Below, one piece after another: positions 58,975 to 64,000 of a DNA stretch of 64,000 bases (position 1 is the first letter of the stretch; every line of letters begins with the position of its first letter). Origin of the DNA: Algoriphagus sp. (GTDB lineage Bacteria; Bacteroidota; Bacteroidia; Cytophagales; Cyclobacteriaceae); contig JAMNXQ010000005.1 in assembly GCA_023653075.1 (NCBI GenBank), forward strand, positions 13,925 through 77,924, given 5' to 3'. The notes below the pieces were generated by a model. It was not told the DNA's origin, made no database searches, and was given only the letters and a program-made list of their open reading frames with translations. Made by a program: the position numbers and the translations under genes.

Positions 58975-60810
58975 TTAGTGGCTTTTTTTGATCTCGCGGC
59001 TGTGGAGGTCAATCACAAAATCATCCGATGGCAAGCTTTGGATAAGGCTTGAAAAGATGCCTATAAAGTCTCCTAGCTGACTTGAACGTGTATTTGACGC
59101 CGTGTCCTCTGCTTTTGTTACTGAAAATACTTGCAAATAAACGTTCAATCGTTCCTGAGGAATCAAGGTCTTGCCCAGGTCTCCTCCGTTTTTAATCAAG
59201 TAAAAATCCTCCATCAAACTTCCCATCTTAAACGCATCAGCGGGCAACGCGTGTTGGTCAAGTAGGAGCTGATCCAGGTAGGCTTCTTTTTTTTCCGTAG
59301 GTAAAGCGGCCCACTGCTGTAGCGATGCGGCATCCAGGGCATTGACGAGGAGCCCAAGGTCTTCGGGCCAGTCTGAGTTGATGAATCGCAAGCGAATCAG
59401 TTCCCGCAAATGAAATTGGGTGTAGGCTAGAAAATGGGGAGCCTTGAGAATTTCCTTATTCCACAGGGCCTTTGGATTGGCAGTAGTAAGCCAACGGTGC
59501 TCCATGCTGTAGAGCTCAAAAAACTCATCCATGCGGTCGACCTCCTCCAAAATCTCCGTTTGAATGTGGAGCTTTCCAGGTTGCTTTTCCTCCAGGATCT
59601 TGTAGGCAGGAGGGAAGGCCGCAAGGGAAGGAACCTGAATGTTGATCAGCTGCTCGCCTGTTTCCGTTTTGTGTGCGCTAGTTTGGTTGATATGCATGTG
59701 GCCTGCAAAATGGACTTGAAGGCCAGTTTGGGCGTAGGCCTCGCTCACGGCTGTATCGGGCACGCGGCTCAGTTGGAATTTTCCCTTTCCAAAGAGGTCT
59801 TTCATCTCTTCGGAAGCACCGTTATGAAAGTCGACCAAGGGATAGTGGCTAAAGGAAATCAATCTTTTTCCTCGTTTTTTGGCTTCAGCCACTATTTTTT
59901 CAATCCAGGCGAGCTGGTAGGATTTTACTTTTGAACTCAGGTTGACCCCAACGGAGGATCCGGACCAATCTTCCGGAGTTGGATTGCTTGTATTCGCTCC
60001 AGGACTGTACGTGTTGCCGTCTAGGGCCAGGAGCCAGATTCCTTCCACGGGCTCTACGAGGTAGGAGGCATCTGGTACCTCGAGCTGTGTTCCCGGGAGT
60101 AGGTAGGTTCTTTTGTCCAAGGAGGCCCCAGATTTTGCATTGGCCCAGGTGTAGCTATCGTAGTTGAATGCCTCAAAGGGGTGGGTCCAAAACAGGTCTT
60201 TTTTGGCTGGAAAAAAACCAAAATCTGCCAGTGCTTCTGAAATTTCTGCGTACCCCCAATGGTAGATTTGGTCGGAAATGGCTGCGTCAAGGGCTGGAAA
60301 TACAGTTGTGTCGCTAGCAATCGCCTGGTTTTGCCCTTGGGTACCCAGAAAATCAGTTTTCCCGCCAGGACCGCCAAAAGGGGAGACCGGGTCATGGTTG
60401 CCCGTGGTGATGAAAAAGCGCATGTCGTACTTTTGCGCATATTCTTGGAGAATTTTCTGGAGGGCGAGTACGTTCATCGGCTGACCATCGTCCGTAAAGT
60501 CACCTGGGAGGACGACCAGTTTTACTTTTTTCTTTGCCAGCTCCTCCAAGGCCGCTAGCAAGGCAAAGTAATTCTCGTTGAAGAGTCGGGTCGAGTTGAG
60601 CTGACTACCCATGGTCCGAATCGTCGCCAATTTCCCAGTAGTGGGATGGGGAACACCCTTAAACTTTTCAGAATTTAAGTCCGCATAGACCTCTTGAAGA
60701 TGGATGTCCGAAAGAAAAGCGATCGCTGGGTTTCGCTGCGCAAAAACGGACCCGCCATAAAATTGGAGCGCCGTCCCAAGGGCTATTGGAACCCAAAATT
60801 TAGGTTTCAA
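58975..60810 (-). CDS. Exported calcineurin-like metallophosphoesterase
   Basis: SDIH, PGDFTD, GNHD, SHYP, GHMH; signal peptide; TTG start. Confidence 0.9.
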   Translation of the reverse strand: MKPKFWVPIALGTALQFYGGSVFAQRNPAIAFLSDIHLQEVYADLNSEKFKGVPHPTTGKLATIRTMGSQLNSTRLFNENYFALLAALEELAKKKVKLVVLPGDFTDDGQPMNVLALQKILQEYAQKYDMRFFITTGNHDPVSPFGGPGGKTDFLGTQGQNQAIASDTTVFPALDAAISDQIYHWGYAEISEALADFGFFPAKKDLFWTHPFEAFNYDSYTWANAKSGASLDKRTYLLPGTQLEVPDASYLVEPVEGIWLLALDGNTYSPGANTSNPTPEDWSGSSVGVNLSSKVKSYQLAWIEKIVAEAKKRGKRLISFSHYPLVDFHNGASEEMKDLFGKGKFQLSRVPDTAVSEAYAQTGLQVHFAGHMHINQTSAHKTETGEQLINIQVPSLAAFPPAYKILEEKQPGKLHIQTEILEEVDRMDEFFELYSMEHRWLTTANPKALWNKEILKAPHFLAYTQFHLRELIRLRFINSDWPEDLGLLVNALDAASLQQWAALPTEKKEAYLDQLLLDQHALPADAFKMGSLMEDFYLIKNGGDLGKTLIPQERLNVYLQVFSVTKAEDTASNTRSSQLGDFIGIFSSLIQSLPSDDFVIDLHSREIKKSH

Positions 60811-60811
60811 C

Positions 60812-61882
60812 TTATTTTTTACTTGGGTTAAGTACTGGGTTTACTCGTTCATACCGGTTTCCTTCAAAAGAAACCTTGTACGTAGATTTGAATAGCTGGG
60901 ACGGGAGGTAGTAATCCGTTGAAATTACCTGTGCTCCTGAGGATTTTGCTTTTTCAAATTGGGTATAATCTTCGGTGCGTGCTTCTTCCGTGCCCGAGTC
61001 GGATCGGGTACGGATCATGTAGCCCTTTCGAACCAGTTCTTGGATGTAGGTTTCGTTTTTCACAGGATCGTTGATGATGCGGAATCCAGCTTCTGGGTTA
61101 CCTTCTTTGAGGTTGACGAAAAATACGGCATTGGCTAAGCCAGGCTTTTTGGTCAAGTAGGTTCGGATTTTCTCTTCGCTTTCGTCCAATACAAACAAGA
61201 ATTTGCCTCTTGCTTGGTCTAGCGCTGGCCAGTTGCCGTTGAGTACACCTTGCTCCAAGGAGGCAAAGCTTCCCTTTACTTGGTCTGGGATGATTAGCTT
61301 TTCTAGTCCGAGGTGCGTTCTGATTTCCAAATCAATGCTATCCAAGGCCGCTGCGGTGAAGGGTAGGGGGCGAACCGTATTGGGGACGGGAGCATCCTTG
61401 GCATTGACCAGAATAAAGATGGGGTGATGGTCTGGGTGTGCGTTGCTCCAAGTTTTTAGTGCCTGAAGGGCTTCAGCAAAAACAAGGTAGTGCGACTGAA
61501 AATCAATGTCTTGCACATGGAATAGTTTGAGTCCAGGGATGGCCAACTTATTCTCCTTATCGAAGGTAAAGTTGGGATTCCCTCCCTTTTTGATCATTTC
61601 GATCCCTTTGGGCTGCGTGTAGCGGCCTCCTTGAGGGTCGTGAAAAACATCCAGCTCGAGGTTCCGCAAGCCCATGTCTAGTTGTTTTTCAAGCGGTGCA
61701 TGCTCGTACTCCAGTCCATTGGCCGTATTGGCACTCAGGCTGCGGAGGTAGGTAAGGATCTCGGGTGCCATGGCGCTTTTGTAGCTATTGTGGCTGCCAA
61801 TGATTTGCGTTTGGTTGAGGGTTTGTGCCGCTACTGGGAAGCACAAAAGGATAGCAATGCATGCCAAAATTGACTTTTTCAT
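60812..61882 (-). CDS. Exported phosphatidylinositol-specific phospholipase C-like protein
   Basis: GSHNSY, RNLELDV, FHVQDID, ARGKFLF, GAQVISTDY; start placed at MKKSIL (signal peptide). Confidence 0.88.
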   Translation of the reverse strand: MKKSILACIAILLCFPVAAQTLNQTQIIGSHNSYKSAMAPEILTYLRSLSANTANGLEYEHAPLEKQLDMGLRNLELDVFHDPQGGRYTQPKGIEMIKKGGNPNFTFDKENKLAIPGLKLFHVQDIDFQSHYLVFAEALQALKTWSNAHPDHHPIFILVNAKDAPVPNTVRPLPFTAAALDSIDLEIRTHLGLEKLIIPDQVKGSFASLEQGVLNGNWPALDQARGKFLFVLDESEEKIRTYLTKKPGLANAVFFVNLKEGNPEAGFRIINDPVKNETYIQELVRKGYMIRTRSDSGTEEARTEDYTQFEKAKSSGAQVISTDYYLPSQLFKSTYKVSFEGNRYERVNPVLNPSKK

Positions 61883-62044
61883 AGGGTTGAATTTTAGTCT
61901 CAATATCTTACTAAATTGGCTGGGGGAGCTCGGTAGGCACATCAATTTTTTGTTACCATTTCCTACATGGGCAACAGACATTATTATTTTGTTAACTATT
62001 GATTTTGAGTAGCTTGAGGTAACGAATTGCCAGTAGATTTGGGA

Positions 62045-63850
62045 ATGAAACATCTCCAAAAACTCCTGTTCTTCGTTGGTATACTTGCCTCTTTTAGCGG
62101 GTATGCGCAAAATAAAGCGGCATTTGCGGTCCATTCACACAACGACTACCTACAGCCTGTCCCTTTTTGGGATGCGTTTAGTGCGGGCTGTGCATCCATC
62201 GAAGTAGATGTGATTTTGCAAGAGGGAGAGCTCATGGTTGCGCATGAAAAAGCATCTATCCAAGTACCCCGCACTTTTGAAAATTTGTACTTGAAGCCGA
62301 TCCAGCAGGGGGTTGACCTTGGTTTGATTAAGGGGTTTAACTTTCATCTGTTGGTAGATATCAAAACCGAAGCGTACAGCACCCTTGATTTGTTGGTGAA
62401 GCAAACGCAGCCCTATGCGGCTATGCTTTATTCTCCAGAAAATCCTTCCGGCTTAAAACTCATCATTTCAGGAGGTAGGCCCATGGCCGCTGACTATGTG
62501 AAGTACCCATCTTGGGTATTTTTCGATTACCAAAGCAGAGAACTGACAGCAGATCTACCCTGGGACAAGATTGGCATGGTGAGTTTGAGTTTTCCTCGGT
62601 TTTCAGTGTGGAATGGGAAGGGGAGAATCGTGGAGTCCCAGCGTCAGCAGTTCCAGGCATTTATCGACTTGGTTCATTCCTATAATCGCCCTGTTCGCTT
62701 CTGGGCTTCTCCTGACGGCAAAACCGCCTGGCGTGCCTTTCATGAAATGGGCATCGATTACATCAATACCGATCGCCCAGCGGAGGCAAATAAGTACCTA
62801 CGCGGCTTAACAAAAAATGTCTATGCCAATTCCAATCCACAGGAAGTTTATACACCTAGCTATGCGGTGGATGGACAGGATGTTCCCGTGAAACAAATCC
62901 TCCTGCTCATCGGAGATGGGAATGGATTGGCACAGATTTCTGCGGGTCTGTTTGCGAATGGGGGGCAACTTACCTTAACTCAAATTCGAAATTTGGGATT
63001 GGTCAAGACCCAGGCAGCAGATGATTTTACGACAGATTCGGCAGCTGGTGCCACGGCCATGGCTACAGGCCAAAAAGCAAATAACCGAGCGCTAGGCCTC
63101 AATGCGACTGGGGATTCGATTCCAAATCTTCCCTATTTCTTGAGCCTGAGGGGATTCAAAACTGGCCTTGTAACGAACGACGAGCTAACTGGAGCTACTC
63201 CGGCCGCTTTTTATGCACACCATCCTGAGCGAGATGCTGTGCTGGAGATCGCGAGCTACTTGCCTAACAGCGCCTTGAATTTGGTGATTGGTGGTGGAGG
63301 AAGGTCCTTTAACAAAGAAAAGTTGAGCCAAGCAGGATTTACCCTTGTGTCCGACCTTCAGGGGCTTGCAGAGGTGAAGGGAGGCCGTGTAGCACATTTT
63401 GCAAGCGAAGGAGGGATGCCTGGTATGGAGGCGGGTAGGGGAAATTTCCTTTCTCAGGCCTTTTTGCAAGCAAGTTCCTATTTAGGGAAAGGAAAATCCC
63501 CATTTTTTCTGATGGTGGAGGCTGCAAAAATTGACTCAGGAGGGCATTCCAATAGCCCTTCTACGATTGTAACGGAGCTATTGGATTTTGACCGCACCAT
63601 TGCGGAAGCCGTCCGCTATGCCGATACGCATCCTGGAACTTTAGTTTTGGTGACCGCCGATCATGAAACTGGCGGTGTGACCCTCCCACAAGGGAATGTA
63701 GACAAGCGGGAAGTGGAATTAGGGTTTCACAGTGACGATCATACGGGTATTTTGGTTCCCATTTTTGCTTATGGGGCGCGTTCCGGAGAATTCAGAGGGG
63801 TGTATTCTAATACGGAGATTTTCACGCGGATTTTAAAGGTGGTAAAGTAG
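62045..63850 (+). CDS. Fusion of a PLC-like phosphodiesterase domain and a PhoA-type alkaline phosphatase
   Basis: N-domain HSHNDY, IEVDV, LLVDIK, YINTD; C-domain IGDGNG, TDSAAGATA, IDSGGH, TADHETGG. Confidence 0.9.
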   Translation: MKHLQKLLFFVGILASFSGYAQNKAAFAVHSHNDYLQPVPFWDAFSAGCASIEVDVILQEGELMVAHEKASIQVPRTFENLYLKPIQQGVDLGLIKGFNFHLLVDIKTEAYSTLDLLVKQTQPYAAMLYSPENPSGLKLIISGGRPMAADYVKYPSWVFFDYQSRELTADLPWDKIGMVSLSFPRFSVWNGKGRIVESQRQQFQAFIDLVHSYNRPVRFWASPDGKTAWRAFHEMGIDYINTDRPAEANKYLRGLTKNVYANSNPQEVYTPSYAVDGQDVPVKQILLLIGDGNGLAQISAGLFANGGQLTLTQIRNLGLVKTQAADDFTTDSAAGATAMATGQKANNRALGLNATGDSIPNLPYFLSLRGFKTGLVTNDELTGATPAAFYAHHPERDAVLEIASYLPNSALNLVIGGGGRSFNKEKLSQAGFTLVSDLQGLAEVKGGRVAHFASEGGMPGMEAGRGNFLSQAFLQASSYLGKGKSPFFLMVEAAKIDSGGHSNSPSTIVTELLDFDRTIAEAVRYADTHPGTLVLVTADHETGGVTLPQGNVDKREVELGFHSDDHTGILVPIFAYGARSGEFRGVYSNTEIFTRILKVVK

Positions 63851-63868
63851 TGACTGTGCTTGCCCTGC

Positions 63869-63955
63869 AATGCTGCGGGTCAAGCTTCCTTATCCGCCCC
63901 GGCGGACGAAAAGGAAAACTCTCGCAAAGCCGCAAAATAGGAAAGCCGCAAAGGA
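63869..63955. repeat. REP-like palindromes and short cgcaaa repeats after the phosphatase stop
   Basis: cttgccctgca..tgcgggtcaag; tccgccccggcgga; cgcaaagccgcaaa..aaagccgcaaag. Confidence 0.55.
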
Positions 63956-64000
63956 TTGATTTCGATTCCTGACTCCAAAGAGATATTTAACGTCCGAAAA

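Overview
This is a 64 kb chromosomal segment of a Bacteroidota bacterium, most consistent with Cyclobacteriaceae (Algoriphagus-like), judged from gene content (SusC/SusD, GH97, C25 peptidase, DUF2911) and TAnnTTTG promoter boxes. From 1 to 17.7 kb is a sugar-catabolic region. It has two divergent CxxCH-heme/beta-propeller lipoproteins, one of which is absent from the ORF track because it runs off the left edge. These are followed by DUF1080, DUF4432 epimerase, PMI-like cupin, TIM-barrel isomerase and Gfo/Idh/MocA genes, converging on rhaEW-FGGY kinase-lutABC. From 18 to 53 kb the genes are mostly housekeeping (ffh, clpC, padR-pspC, phrB, tamB, tsaD, smpB, GH97). From 53.8 to 63.9 kb is a SusC/SusD pair flanked only by phosphoesterases, a probable organophosphorus-utilisation locus. 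I found no rRNA, tRNA, CRISPR array or transposase. The intergenic DNA holds the most unusual structure: two dispersed repeat families built on a 7-nt period, an inverted doublet of three-hairpin REP-like units, small GC palindromes nested inside other hairpins, and an XRE gene bracketed by a duplicated terminator. All product calls come from motif recognition by eye; no database search was run.
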